Assembly: GCA_902590915.1 (NCBI GenBank)
Contig: CACIYQ010000005.1
Coordinates: 569 to 64,568, forward strand
Source of the DNA: an uncultured Pelagibacteraceae bacterium
GTDB lineage: Bacteria > Pseudomonadota > Alphaproteobacteria > Pelagibacterales > Pelagibacteraceae
DNA length: 64,000 nucleotides
Reading direction: 5' to 3'
Each line of letters starts with the position of its first letter. The stretch's first letter is position 1. The translations under genes and the position numbers were made by a program. This document shows positions 43,129 to 53,444 of this stretch, in pieces. Under the pieces are notes generated by a model. That model saw only the letters and a program-made list of their open reading frames with translations. It made no database searches and was not told where the DNA came from.

Positions 43129-43899
43129 TTATCTATACCTTGGGTATTTTTTTACTGCCTTTAAATAATGATTGTTTAGTAAATGAAATATTTTTAAACT
43201 TTTTCTTTTCCACTTAATTTTATCAATAGTCTTTACAGAAGCCACTCCTTTACCAGATCCTATCAGAATAATTTCATCATATTCACTTAAAGTTTTAATT
43301 AATATTTCTTTTTTAATGACACTTTTAGTTTTAGATTTAAAAAATTTGTAAGTAATTCCTTTATAACAATTGATAGGAGGAGAATATATTTTATTTTTTT
43401 TAACAAAAAATATATTTGACGTTCCTGTTTCAAAAATTTTTTTATCTGAACATAGCCCAATATCAGATCTAGAATTATCCATTTTGGATAGATATTTTAA
43501 AATCTCTTTATATTTTAAGTTTTTAAATTCTGGTTTTTCTCTTTTTAATTTTACAAGTTTTAAATTAAAATCTAGTTTTGGTTTAACTCTTTTTCTTAAA
43601 GAAATTGAAATTATCTTTTTGTTTAATGCTACTCTCAATAGATGGTTATAATTTTTATTAAGATCTATATTTTTTTTAATTAATTTATTGATATCTTTTT
43701 TTATTGAGGGTTTATAAATTTTGTATTTTTTTATAGAATTTAACAAATTTTGAATATGCTCTTTAAAAAAAAGTATCTTAGGGGGTGAGTTATAAATCCA
43801 CATTGTTGTGAATACTCCATAATCTCCCCAAAGATCTTGAAATTCGATTTCTTTAAGATCTTTAAGCCGATAAGATTTTTTTAATAAGTAAGTTACCAT
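43129..43899 (-). CDS. Class IV PLP aminotransferase (PabC/ADC lyase-like)
   Basis: YGVFTTM, ETGTSNIFFV and GIT motifs; in an operon with pabAB-like genes. Confidence 0.7.
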   Translation of the reverse strand: MVTYLLKKSYRLKDLKEIEFQDLWGDYGVFTTMWIYNSPPKILFFKEHIQNLLNSIKKYKIYKPSIKKDINKLIKKNIDLNKNYNHLLRVALNKKIISISLRKRVKPKLDFNLKLVKLKREKPEFKNLKYKEILKYLSKMDNSRSDIGLCSDKKIFETGTSNIFFVKKNKIYSPPINCYKGITYKFFKSKTKSVIKKEILIKTLSEYDEIILIGSGKGVASVKTIDKIKWKRKSLKIFHLLNNHYLKAVKKYPRYR

Positions 43900-44419
43900 T
43901 TTCAGTTAAAAAAGATTCAGGATGAAATTGAAATCCATAGATTTTATCAGTGTTATTTTCTAGTGCCATTGCCGAACCTGAAATAGCACATCTCATTGTT
44001 ATGTCAAAATTTTGCGAGTAAAAAGGTTCTTTCAACTTTAAAGAATGATAACGACCTACTTTGTATTTATTGTTATGTGGAAAAATTGAATTTCTGCTGA
44101 TAACTTTAATTATAGATTGGAAGCCATGATAAATTTGTTTCTGTTGTATTATTTTGGCACCTTCACAATATAATATTTGCTGAAATCCTAAGCAGATACC
44201 TAATATTCTTTTTCTTCCTTTATAATTATTATAAATACGGCTAGTTATTGGATAATCTTTTGGTGAGCCAGGTCCTGGAGATAAAACAATTGTTGATGCT
44301 TTTTTTAAATATTGATTATTAATCTCATCATAATTTGTGCATTTAACTTTGTCGAACAAAGATAACTGATGGACAACGTTATGAGTAAAGGAGTCTTTAT
44401 GATCAATGACATATATCAT
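43862..44419 (-). CDS. pabA: Glutamine amidotransferase (PabA/TrpG type)
   Basis: SPGPGSP, GICLG, RYHSL and QFHPES motifs. Confidence 0.82.
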   Translation of the reverse strand: MIYVIDHKDSFTHNVVHQLSLFDKVKCTNYDEINNQYLKKASTIVLSPGPGSPKDYPITSRIYNNYKGRKRILGICLGFQQILYCEGAKIIQQKQIYHGFQSIIKVISRNSIFPHNNKYKVGRYHSLKLKEPFYSQNFDITMRCAISGSAMALENNTDKIYGFQFHPESFLTENGNLLIKKILSA

Positions 44420-45579
44420 TTAAACAAATCTATTAAGGCTTTTGCTTTTATAAAATTTTCATTAAACTCATGATTGGCTTTGCTATCAATGACAACACCT
44501 GAGGCGACTGAAATTTCTGAAGTATTTTTAAAATTTAGTATTGAACGAATAATAATGTTAAACCTCATATCTCCATTAAATCTAATGTAACCAAAACTGC
44601 CTGTATAAATATTTCTATTTTCTTTTTCTTGCTTATTTAGAAGATTAAGTGTGCTTATTTTAGGACACCCTATTACCGAACCACCAGGCATCATTGATTT
44701 AACTATATCAATAGTTTTAGCTTTTTCGTTCAATTTACCTTTTATCAAGCTCACATAGTGAAAAAGGTCCTTATATTCTTCCACAGTTTTTTCTTTTTTA
44801 ATTTTAACTGATCCAGGAACACAAATACGTGATAAATCACTACGTTCCATATCAACAATCATATTATGTTCCTTAGTCTCCTTAATATTTTTCCTGAAAT
44901 ATTGAAGAGCTTTGCTTTTATTTAAACTTTTATTTTTCGTTAGTGTGCCTGCAATTGGTTTAGTTATTATTGATCTTCCTTTTTTTTCAATTAAAGTTTC
45001 TGGAGAGCAGCTAATTACTGAATAATTTTTGTCTTTAATTAAAAAAGCCTCTGGTGCAAGATTGGATTTGGATAATCTACAGAAGAAATCTAAAGGATCT
45101 ATTTTTGATTTATTTTTATATTTAGTACAAATTTTAATTTGATATGTTTCGCCTTGTCTTATTTTTTTTTTAAACTTATTAAAAATTTTTATGTAATTTT
45201 TTCTATTAATATTTATTTTAAATTGTTTGTTTTTATTTTCTATTAGTGGAGCTTTGAAAGATAAAGTTTCATTTAAACTTAATAAAGTTTCAGGTTTATA
45301 AAAAATTCCCTTTGGAAAATGAATAGTTTTTTGTTTGGGAAATTTAATTCCAATTAGGTGATTTAATAATTCATAACCAAAAAAACCAATATAAAGATCA
45401 GTTTTTTTGATTTTTTTTTTATTGGAAGAAATTGATTTAAAAAAATTAAGTATATTTTTATTAGACAAGATTATTTTTTTTGAAAAATCTGTAAATAAAT
45501 CAAACCCTTTTGTTGTTTTGTAAATAACGTAAGGTTTTCCTGACGAATTAATATCGTTTAAAATTTTAAAAGTATTCAA
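44416..45579 (-). CDS. pabB: Chorismate-binding aminodeoxychorismate synthase component I-like
   Basis: SPE, TKPIAGT, EHNMIVDMERSDL, PGGSVIGCPK and NIIIRS motifs. Confidence 0.8.
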   Translation of the reverse strand: MNTFKILNDINSSGKPYVIYKTTKGFDLFTDFSKKIILSNKNILNFFKSISSNKKKIKKTDLYIGFFGYELLNHLIGIKFPKQKTIHFPKGIFYKPETLLSLNETLSFKAPLIENKNKQFKININRKNYIKIFNKFKKKIRQGETYQIKICTKYKNKSKIDPLDFFCRLSKSNLAPEAFLIKDKNYSVISCSPETLIEKKGRSIITKPIAGTLTKNKSLNKSKALQYFRKNIKETKEHNMIVDMERSDLSRICVPGSVKIKKEKTVEEYKDLFHYVSLIKGKLNEKAKTIDIVKSMMPGGSVIGCPKISTLNLLNKQEKENRNIYTGSFGYIRFNGDMRFNIIIRSILNFKNTSEISVASGVVIDSKANHEFNENFIKAKALIDLFK

Positions 45580-45580
45580 T

Positions 45581-46801
45581 TTAACTTGTTTTTAACCTTA
45601 ATACTGCTTCTTCTTTTATTGGAAGATGAATTATTGCAGCGAAAACTGACAATGCAATTGCTAAATACCACGCATAATCATATGAACCATAAAGATCATG
45701 AAATAAACCACCTAGATATGCTCCAAAAAATGAACCTACTTGATGACTTAAAAAGACAATCCCATAAAGTAGCCCTAAATATTTTGTTCCGAACATATGA
45801 GCAACTATTCCACTTGTAGCGGGTACCGTTGACAACCACAAGAAACCAAAGCTAGCACCAAAAATAAAAGCATTAATATTACTAGCTGGTAGAAATATGA
45901 AAAATATAATTGATAGCCCTCTTAAAGAATAAATTACACTCAAGATAATTTTTTTACTAATTTTAGTTGATAAGTAACCGCTCAAAAGTGAACCGATTAT
46001 ATTAAATAATCCAATCAAAGATAATATTGCTGCTGCAGTCCAGCTTTCTAATCCTCTATCAACTACATAAGTTGGAACATGTGTTCCTACCAATGTAATA
46101 TGAAAACCACAAACAAAAAAACCAGAGACTAAAAGAATATAACTTTTTGAAGCAAATGCCTCTTTAATTGCCTCTAAAGTACTTTGCGAATTTGGTGTTT
46201 CAATACTTTGTTCTAAAGATGGAGATCTTACAAAATAAGAAACTATTAAACCTATAAATAAGGCAACAAGAAAAGCAATTAATGTAATTTGCCATCCATT
46301 TTCACTTAATGAATACGTTGTTAAAAGTGGAGACAAAAAATATCCAAATGAACCTATTGCTGTGACTAAACTCATTGCAATTGTTCTATTAGATAATGGA
46401 AAATGTTTACCAACTATAGCCATAGGGATGCTAATAGCAGTTCCACCTAAACCAATTCCAACCAAAATGCCCATATCTATTTGAAAAAATATTCCTGTAT
46501 TTGGACCTGCGTAAAGAAAATAAATCCCTGCAATAAAAAAAACAAACGCTAAGGCTATAGCCTTATGTCCACCATATTTATCTGCTATTGCACCAAATAT
46601 AGGTCCAGTAAGTCCCCACATTAACATTTGTAATCCTATTGAAAGTCCAGCCTCTGTTAATGAAATTCCTAAATCTTCTTTAAAATCCATAAAAAACAAA
46701 CCAAAAGTTTGTCTTACCCCTAATGATATTAGAACTACCAGACAAGCAGCTATTAAAGTTACTAGAGCTGTTTTGTTTCTAAAGAATTTTTCATTGGCCA
46801 T
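45581..46801 (-). CDS. MFS transporter
   Basis: About 12 TM; GAIADKYG and FVCGFH motifs. Confidence 0.9.
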   Translation of the reverse strand: MANEKFFRNKTALVTLIAACLVVLISLGVRQTFGLFFMDFKEDLGISLTEAGLSIGLQMLMWGLTGPIFGAIADKYGGHKAIALAFVFFIAGIYFLYAGPNTGIFFQIDMGILVGIGLGGTAISIPMAIVGKHFPLSNRTIAMSLVTAIGSFGYFLSPLLTTYSLSENGWQITLIAFLVALFIGLIVSYFVRSPSLEQSIETPNSQSTLEAIKEAFASKSYILLVSGFFVCGFHITLVGTHVPTYVVDRGLESWTAAAILSLIGLFNIIGSLLSGYLSTKISKKIILSVIYSLRGLSIIFFIFLPASNINAFIFGASFGFLWLSTVPATSGIVAHMFGTKYLGLLYGIVFLSHQVGSFFGAYLGGLFHDLYGSYDYAWYLAIALSVFAAIIHLPIKEEAVLRLKTS

Positions 46802-46807
46802 AACAAA

Positions 46808-47983
46808 TTATATTAAATGTTTGAGAGCTTGCTTTATATCTGCGATAAGGTCGCTAGGATCTTCTAATCCAATATGTAATCTCACAAGATGTTCATCTTT
46901 TGCTAATTTTAAAAATTTTCGAGTTCCGGTTTCTCTATACTCTTGATGTAAAGCTAAACTTTCAAATCCACCCCAACTATAACCATAACCAAATAATTTT
47001 AATGAATTAACAAATTTTCTAACAGAGTTAATATTTTTACATTTTATTTTTAAACCCATTAAACCTGAAGCTCCTGAATAATATTTCTTCCACATTTTAA
47101 AATTGTAAGAACCTTTTTTATAAGGATAAAGCAGTTTTATATTTTTAAATTTTGAGAGAAATTTAGCTACTTTCTTAGCATTTTCTCTGTGTCTATCTAG
47201 TCTGACATCTAAGGTTCTTAAACCTCTAGTAATCAAATAAGCATCATCAGGACCAAGTCTTAAACCAGTAATCTTCTCTGCAGCCTTGACTTTAGGAAAT
47301 ACTTTTTTATTTACTGCTAAAGATCCTCCCATAACATCAGAATGACCAGAATAATATTTAGTTGCAGAAACAATTGCCATATCAAATCCAAGTTTTATTG
47401 GTTTTAAAAAGTAAGGTGTTCCCCAAGTGTTATCCATAGCAGTTAAAATTTTATTTTTTTTGGCAATAGAAATTATTTTTCCTAAATCTTGAAAATCAAA
47501 TGAATTACTTCCTGGATTTTCTACGAAAATTAACTTTGTTTTTTTGGTAATATTTTTTTCTAAAGTTTTAAGATCATGAGGATTATAAAAACTTGTTTTA
47601 ATATTGAAATCTTTTAAATAATTTTCAGTCAATATTCTTGTAGGACTATAAACTGGATCTGCTGCAATAATTTCATCTCCAGGTCTAGTGACGCTAAAAA
47701 TTGCCAAAAAAACTGCCCCGAAACCTGTTGGTGTTGTAAAAACATGATAACTTTCCTCAAGCTTAGTTAAAATTTTTTGTAAAATATAAGTAGTTGATGT
47801 GCCTTGCCTTGCATAATCATAATGACCACCAATTGGATTTTTTTGAGCTTTAGCCTGAGTTTTTCTTATATCTTTCATTGATTTAAAAATTATCGTGGAC
47901 GCTCTAACTACTGGAGGGTTTACTGACTGATTATGAAAATCTTTAGCTGTATGCTTAAGAAAAGTCTTAAAAGAGCTACTCAT
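46808..47983 (-). CDS. metC: Cystathionine beta-lyase (trans-sulfuration PLP enzyme)
   Basis: VNPPVVRAST, DNTW, SATKYYSGHSD and YSWGGFESL motifs. Confidence 0.88.
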   Translation of the reverse strand: MSSSFKTFLKHTAKDFHNQSVNPPVVRASTIIFKSMKDIRKTQAKAQKNPIGGHYDYARQGTSTTYILQKILTKLEESYHVFTTPTGFGAVFLAIFSVTRPGDEIIAADPVYSPTRILTENYLKDFNIKTSFYNPHDLKTLEKNITKKTKLIFVENPGSNSFDFQDLGKIISIAKKNKILTAMDNTWGTPYFLKPIKLGFDMAIVSATKYYSGHSDVMGGSLAVNKKVFPKVKAAEKITGLRLGPDDAYLITRGLRTLDVRLDRHRENAKKVAKFLSKFKNIKLLYPYKKGSYNFKMWKKYYSGASGLMGLKIKCKNINSVRKFVNSLKLFGYGYSWGGFESLALHQEYRETGTRKFLKLAKDEHLVRLHIGLEDPSDLIADIKQALKHLI

Positions 47984-48056
47984 AATAAAATTTGATATGT
48001 TTAAAAGACAATGCTATATCCCATGAAAAACGTCAATATAATTAAAATAGGATTGA

Positions 48057-48140
48057 ATGAGTTACCCAAAAAAACACAGAGGTCGAAGAAAACAAGGCTC
48101 AAAAAAAAGAAGAGCTAAAAGAAAAAATAAGAAGAAATAA
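48057..48140 (+). CDS. 27-aa hyper-basic micro-protein (not in ORF track)
   Basis: MSYPKKHRGRRKQGSKKRRAKRKNKKK; AGGA upstream; occupies the metC-mnmA gap. Confidence 0.55.
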   Translation: MSYPKKHRGRRKQGSKKRRAKRKNKKK

Positions 48141-48151
48141 ATCAGCTTCTA

Positions 48152-49267
48152 TTATTTAATCCACCCACCCCCAAGAACTTTATAGCCAAACTGATCTTTG
48201 TTATAAAAAACACAAGCTTGTCCAGGTGAAATACCATCCTCTGGCAAAGTTAGATTAACAACACCTGTTTTATTATCTTTTAAATTTATATTAGCTTCCA
48301 GTAAATCTCCTGTAGATCTTACTTTTACAAAAATTTTTTTTTCTAAATCTTTATTAGGGGCTAGTAAATTTATATTTTTTAATGAAATTGTTTGTTTTCC
48401 GAGTTTTTCTTTTGGACCTACAATGATTTCATTTTTATCAGAATTAATTTTAAGTACATAAAGAGGCTCTTTATCTGAAACCTTTATCCCTTTTCGCTGA
48501 CCTATTGTAAAATTAATAATACCATCATGAACACCTACAACTTCTCCATTTAAGTTTTTAATATTTCCTTTTTGAAATGAGTCAGGTCTAAATTTTTGTA
48601 TAACTGATGCGTAATCTCCATTTGGAACAAAACAAATATCTTGGCTGTCTGGTTTATCAGCAACATTTAAATCTAAATTCTTTGCTATCTCTCTAGTTTT
48701 ATCTTTCAACATTCCACCCAAGGGAAATCTTAAATAATCTAATTGCTCTCTAGTTGTATTGAATAAAAAATAGCTTTGATCTCTTTTCTCATCTATTGCT
48801 CTGTACATGTTTGTTGTATTTTTTTCTGTAATACTTTTTACATAGTGACCTGTTACTAAAGCATCAGCATTAAGATCTTTCGATACCTCAAATAAATCTT
48901 TAAATTTTACTGTTTGATTACATTGCACACAAGGAATAGGAGTTTCACCTTTTAAATAGCTCTCAACAAAATTATCTATTACCCCTTGTTTGAATTTGTC
49001 CTGATAATACAAAATTTTATGTTCAATATCTAATTTATTAGCCACTCGTTTTGCATCCATAATATCTTGGCCAGAGCAGCATTGTTTAGAGGCTGCTACT
49101 TCCTTACCATCATCGTATAACTTTAATGTGATACCTATAACTTTATAACCTTCTTTCTTCATCATTCCTGCAACAGTAGAAGAGTCTACACCACCAGACA
49201 TAGCTACAACCACAGTAGTATCTGATGGTTTTTTATTAAAACCTAAAGAGTTTAATTCTTCGTTCAT
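48152..49267 (-). CDS. mnmA: tRNA 2-thiouridylase
   Basis: [24 protein letters not shown] and DSQDICF motifs. Confidence 0.97.
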   Translation of the reverse strand: MNEELNSLGFNKKPSDTTVVVAMSGGVDSSTVAGMMKKEGYKVIGITLKLYDDGKEVAASKQCCSGQDIMDAKRVANKLDIEHKILYYQDKFKQGVIDNFVESYLKGETPIPCVQCNQTVKFKDLFEVSKDLNADALVTGHYVKSITEKNTTNMYRAIDEKRDQSYFLFNTTREQLDYLRFPLGGMLKDKTREIAKNLDLNVADKPDSQDICFVPNGDYASVIQKFRPDSFQKGNIKNLNGEVVGVHDGIINFTIGQRKGIKVSDKEPLYVLKINSDKNEIIVGPKEKLGKQTISLKNINLLAPNKDLEKKIFVKVRSTGDLLEANINLKDNKTGVVNLTLPEDGISPGQACVFYNKDQFGYKVLGGGWIK

Positions 49268-49308
49268 AAGGTGGTATTTATACTGATTTACAATATAAGT
49301 TAAATTAA

Positions 49309-49479
49309 ATGATTTTAGATTATGAACCAGGTGACAAAGTCACTAATCCGAACAATAAAGAATGGGGAATAGGACAGGTACAAACAATAATAAATGACAA
49401 AGTCACTGTGAATTTTGAAAATGTAGGTAAAAAAGTAATTAATGCACATAACGTCGAACTAAGAAAGCTTGGTAAATAA
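49309..49479 (+). CDS. DUF3553-family small protein (56 aa, not in ORF track)
   Basis: [45 protein letters not shown]... Confidence 0.8.
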   Translation: MILDYEPGDKVTNPNNKEWGIGQVQTIINDKVTVNFENVGKKVINAHNVELRKLGK

Positions 49480-49483
49480 AAAA

Positions 49484-50248
49484 ATGGATTTAAAAAAGAT
49501 TGTTAAGGATTTAATTAAAAGTTTTTTAATTGCTGGAGACTTAGCTATTGAACTAAGAGCAAAAGGTTTAATAAAAAAAATTAAATCAGACAACACGCCT
49601 GTAAGCAATGGTGATATAGAAGTAAACGAGCTTATTACAAAAGAAATATCTAAGATTACACCAGAAATTCCCATAATTTCTGAAGAAAGTTTAGAGAATA
49701 AAGATAAATCAAATTTAAAAAATTTTTGGCTTATTGATCCAATAGATGGAACACACGATTACATAAATAATTTAGAAGAATTTACAATTAATGCTGGATT
49801 AATAATGGATAATAAGCCAGTTGCAGGACTAATTAATGCTCCAGCTAAAAAAAGAATGTTTTACTCTTATGGAGAAAACAATGCATTCGAACTTAAAAAT
49901 GGGAAAGAATTAAATCTCAGAGACTCAATTATAAAAAACACAGGTCGAATTAAATTTATTTCATACTCAAATAAAATTAAGCCAGAGATTCAAAAAATTT
50001 ATAATGATTTGGGTGTAGAGGAAAATATTAAAATGAAGAGTTCCTTAAAATTTTGTGTAGTTGCTACAGGTGAGTACGATGGTTATGTTGCAGAACCAAG
50101 AGCTTATGAGTGGGATATAGCAGCCGGTCATGCAATTTTGAGTCATGCAGGTGGAGAAGTAACTGATTTTAATGGAAATGAAATTTTATACGGTAAGCCC
50201 AATTTAAAAAATACAAGTCTAATTTTAAAAAGTAAAACTATATTATAA
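49484..50248 (+). CDS. cysQ: 3'(2'),5'-bisphosphate nucleotidase (start at ATG 49484)
   Basis: SEE, WLIDPIDGT, SSLKFC and EWDIAAG motifs. Confidence 0.85.
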   Translation: MDLKKIVKDLIKSFLIAGDLAIELRAKGLIKKIKSDNTPVSNGDIEVNELITKEISKITPEIPIISEESLENKDKSNLKNFWLIDPIDGTHDYINNLEEFTINAGLIMDNKPVAGLINAPAKKRMFYSYGENNAFELKNGKELNLRDSIIKNTGRIKFISYSNKIKPEIQKIYNDLGVEENIKMKSSLKFCVVATGEYDGYVAEPRAYEWDIAAGHAILSHAGGEVTDFNGNEILYGKPNLKNTSLILKSKTIL

Positions 50249-50391
50249 TGGATGAACAGTTAAGAATTATATTAATTATAATAGTGTCAGTCTCGATTTT
50301 TGGATTATTAGTTTTTGTTTTTGTAAAAAATTATATTAGAAATAAAATTAATCGTCTTTTAGAAGATGAGGATAAAAACAATTTAGAGTAA
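50248..50391 (+). CDS. Small single-TM protein (47 aa, not in ORF track)
   Basis: MDEQLRIILIIIVSVSIFGLLVFVFVKNYIRNKINRLLEDEDKNNLE; TAATG coupling to cysQ. Confidence 0.6.
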   Translation: MDEQLRIILIIIVSVSIFGLLVFVFVKNYIRNKINRLLEDEDKNNLE

Positions 50392-50946
50392 ATTAATAAT
50401 CTTTAAAAATTCATCTTTTTCTATATCCATAACCTTTTTTGAGGTTTCAAAATCAAAACCATTTCTTGCTAATAATGATATGTCTTTTTTGTAAAATAAA
50501 GTTCTATTATCTTCAGCTCTTGCAGGTCCTATTCTTTTTTTTTTACAAATTTTTATTGCAGAAAAGAAATCTTGATCACTGTTATCTTCTCTAATCTTAT
50601 TGACTGTATTTTTAATAAACTCTTGATTTATTCCTTTTCCCATTAAATAGTTACGAATTTTATTTAGTGAATGTCCTCTTTGAACCATGCTCTTTGCTTT
50701 ACTCTCAGAGTAAAATTGATCATTAATAAATTTATTTTTTTCTAAGTCAGATAAAACGATATCAATTAGTTTATTAACATCCTTTTTTCTTGAGTCTGAT
50801 GCAGAGAGTTTCATATATTTTTTTAATAAATACGTTTTAATTTGTTGCTTAGAAGGTGCGTACTTTTCAACATATGCAAAAGCAAAACTTCTCATTTCAT
50901 CTACAGTGACTTGGAGTGTTTTTTTTCTATTTCTTATAGGAATCAT
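50383..50946 (-). CDS. recX: RecX-family regulator
   Basis: FINDQFY..SKA, RGHSLNKIR and LARNGF motifs. Confidence 0.8.
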   Translation of the reverse strand: MIPIRNRKKTLQVTVDEMRSFAFAYVEKYAPSKQQIKTYLLKKYMKLSASDSRKKDVNKLIDIVLSDLEKNKFINDQFYSESKAKSMVQRGHSLNKIRNYLMGKGINQEFIKNTVNKIREDNSDQDFFSAIKICKKKRIGPARAEDNRTLFYKKDISLLARNGFDFETSKKVMDIEKDEFLKIINLL

Positions 50947-50972
50947 GATTAGATTGAATATAATATACTTAA

Positions 50973-51446
50973 ATGATCGAACAAATTTATACTTATTTTA
51001 CAATTGAAACACTTTATATGTGGATTAATTTAGGGGTTATACCTTTCTGGCTTATTTTGATCTTTTTTCCACAATCCTACTTATGTAGATTTTTTGTAAC
51101 TTCGATTTTTCCATTTGTATTACTAAGTGGTACTTATGTTTTTATTTTATATAAATCCTTCCTGACTGGTTACGATTTTGATGGTAATTTTAATCTTTAT
51201 TTAGGTCTAAATGAATTATCCAGGTTATTTGAGGACTCATTGTACTTAATGGTTTTATGGACTCATTTCATAGCTATCAATTTATTTGTCGGTGGATGGA
51301 TAGTTAAGGATGCGCAAAAATTTTCCATCAATAAAGTTCTACTTGCAATACCATTAATAACTACATATTTGATAGGCCCTTTTGGTATTTTTATTTATTG
51401 GATAATCAGAATTTTTTACGCAAAAAGAGTAAATCTATATGAGTAA
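50973..51446 (+). CDS. ABA4-like (DUF4281) membrane protein
   Basis: Four TM; WTHFIAINLFVGGWI and GPFG motifs. Confidence 0.75.
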   Translation: MIEQIYTYFTIETLYMWINLGVIPFWLILIFFPQSYLCRFFVTSIFPFVLLSGTYVFILYKSFLTGYDFDGNFNLYLGLNELSRLFEDSLYLMVLWTHFIAINLFVGGWIVKDAQKFSINKVLLAIPLITTYLIGPFGIFIYWIIRIFYAKRVNLYE

Positions 51447-52017
51447 TCATATAGATTTTTATTTTGATATTATAAGTCCCTATGCCTTTATTGCTTATAA
51501 AAATATTATCAAAATTGAACATACAAAATTCAATTACAAGCCTATTTTATTAGGTGGGTTACATAATCTGGTCGATATAACTGCACCAGCTTTTAATAAA
51601 TTTAAATTAAAAAATATGAAAAATGATTGTGAATTGATTTCTAAAAAAAATAAAATTAGTTTTATTTGGAATTCAAAATTTCCAATTAATTCACTCTATA
51701 TTATGAGAGGTTACTTGGCAGTAGAAGAGAGTAAAAAAAATAAATATTTAGAAACCTTTTTTAATGCTTATTGGCAAAATGATATAGATTTAACTGATGA
51801 AAAAAATATAATCCATTTACTTGAAAACTTAAGTATCAATCACGAAGATTTTTTTAGAAGTATTACTAAACAAGAAATTAAAGACGAATTAAAAAATTTT
51901 ACTAGTGAAGCCTTTAAAAAAGAAATTTTTGGAGCACCCACATTTGTTGTAAATAATAAAATTTTTTGGGGACAAGATCGTTTAGATTATGCTTTAGATG
52001 AATTGAAAAATAATTAA
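51439..52017 (+). CDS. 2-hydroxychromene-2-carboxylate isomerase / GST-kappa (DsbA-like)
   Basis: DFYFDIISPYA, FGAPTF and FWGQDRL motifs. Confidence 0.88.
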   Translation: MSNHIDFYFDIISPYAFIAYKNIIKIEHTKFNYKPILLGGLHNLVDITAPAFNKFKLKNMKNDCELISKKNKISFIWNSKFPINSLYIMRGYLAVEESKKNKYLETFFNAYWQNDIDLTDEKNIIHLLENLSINHEDFFRSITKQEIKDELKNFTSEAFKKEIFGAPTFVVNNKIFWGQDRLDYALDELKNN

Positions 52018-52397
52018 ACTATTTTAAATTTACTTTGTCTGATAGCTCCAAATCCACCATCTATATGAGAAACATTTTTAAATCCCATATCTTTTAATGT
52101 TTTTGCTGCAAGCGCAGATCTTAATCCACCAGCACAAAATAAAACCATTTCTTTTTCTTGATCAAGTTTTCCCTCCTGAAAATACGCACTTCCAGGATCT
52201 AACCAGAATTCTAACATTCCTCGTGGTATATGGTGTGAACCTTCTACTCGTCCATCTCTCTCTAACTCACGAACATCTCGTATATCAATTAAATTACATT
52301 TATTATCCTCTAGTAATTGAACAGCTTCGTCTGTGTTAATTGTTTTTATCTCTTTTAAAGCATTATCAACAAGAGTTTTAGATGATAGAATTGACAT
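52014..52397 (-). CDS. Rhodanese-like sulfurtransferase (start at ATG 52397)
   Basis: IDIRD, PRGMLEFWLDP and FCAGGLRS motifs. Confidence 0.88.
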   Translation of the reverse strand: MSILSSKTLVDNALKEIKTINTDEAVQLLEDNKCNLIDIRDVRELERDGRVEGSHHIPRGMLEFWLDPGSAYFQEGKLDQEKEMVLFCAGGLRSALAAKTLKDMGFKNVSHIDGGFGAIRQSKFKIV

Positions 52398-52415
52398 ATA
52401 AAAATAACCTAACTT

Positions 52416-53444
52416 ATGAAGCTTCAAAATCAAAACATAAAATCTAATTTTTTTAAAAAAATTTTTATTAAAATCTGTAGAAAACTTGATTTTGAAATTA
52501 TAGATCAAGGAAACCTGCATTTACCAGTAATGAGTAAAGATGGTCACAATAACTTATCAAAAATAGGTAAGGAGTCTCTTTTATTACCAATGGGCAGAAT
52601 AAAAGTTACTAGACCAGTAAAATCACTCAATATTATTCTCAGAACCTGTGCTTCGGTTAATATGTTATCCCAATCTAAAAAAAGAATTTTTAATTTAACT
52701 AAAAAAGATTACTCACTTAAAACATTAACCTCCATTATTAATTCAATTAACAATAGTAAAAAATTATTTAAAAAAATAAGATTAAAGTTCACCATTATAG
52801 ATCACAACTCTGATGAAAAAACTCTCAAAAAAATGAAAAAACTATTAAAGGTACAATTTTTTAAAAGTGAAATAATAAAATTAAATATAGAACATTATAA
52901 AAAAAATATAAAAAAACTTAATCAAGAGGGTAAAAGAGTTACCAATAATCAAATTTCCAATATGTGTAATATAAATCAGTCCTTAAATTTAGGAAAGGAC
53001 TGTGATGACTTAGTTTATTTTGTAGAAGACGATTACATTCATTCAGTAAATGCTCTTGAAGAAATGATTTATACTTATGAAAGAATTTCTAGTCAAACAG
53101 GGAAAGAATTAATCATGTGTCCATCTGACTATCCATATTTGTATAATAAATTAGAAAATTCAAATATTTTTTTGGGTCATGAGCGCCACTGGCGATCTAT
53201 AAATGAAACATTGTGTACTTTTTTAACAAGTTCAAAGATTGTTAATAAACATTTTAAGAAATTTGTTAGTGCTTGTGAATTTGAACATAATCCTTTTGAA
53301 AAACCATTTCATGATATATATAAAACTGAACTGTGTATTAGTCCAATGCCAGCAATAGCAGTTCATTACACTAACATTAACTCTATTTATGGTTTATCTC
53401 CTTTGATAAATTATAAAAAACTATGGGAAAAAAATAAGATATGA
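52416..53444 (+). CDS. Glycosyltransferase family 2-like protein
   Basis: IIDHNS and YFVEDDYIH (DxD-like) motifs. Confidence 0.65.
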   Translation: MKLQNQNIKSNFFKKIFIKICRKLDFEIIDQGNLHLPVMSKDGHNNLSKIGKESLLLPMGRIKVTRPVKSLNIILRTCASVNMLSQSKKRIFNLTKKDYSLKTLTSIINSINNSKKLFKKIRLKFTIIDHNSDEKTLKKMKKLLKVQFFKSEIIKLNIEHYKKNIKKLNQEGKRVTNNQISNMCNINQSLNLGKDCDDLVYFVEDDYIHSVNALEEMIYTYERISSQTGKELIMCPSDYPYLYNKLENSNIFLGHERHWRSINETLCTFLTSSKIVNKHFKKFVSACEFEHNPFEKPFHDIYKTELCISPMPAIAVHYTNINSIYGLSPLINYKKLWEKNKI

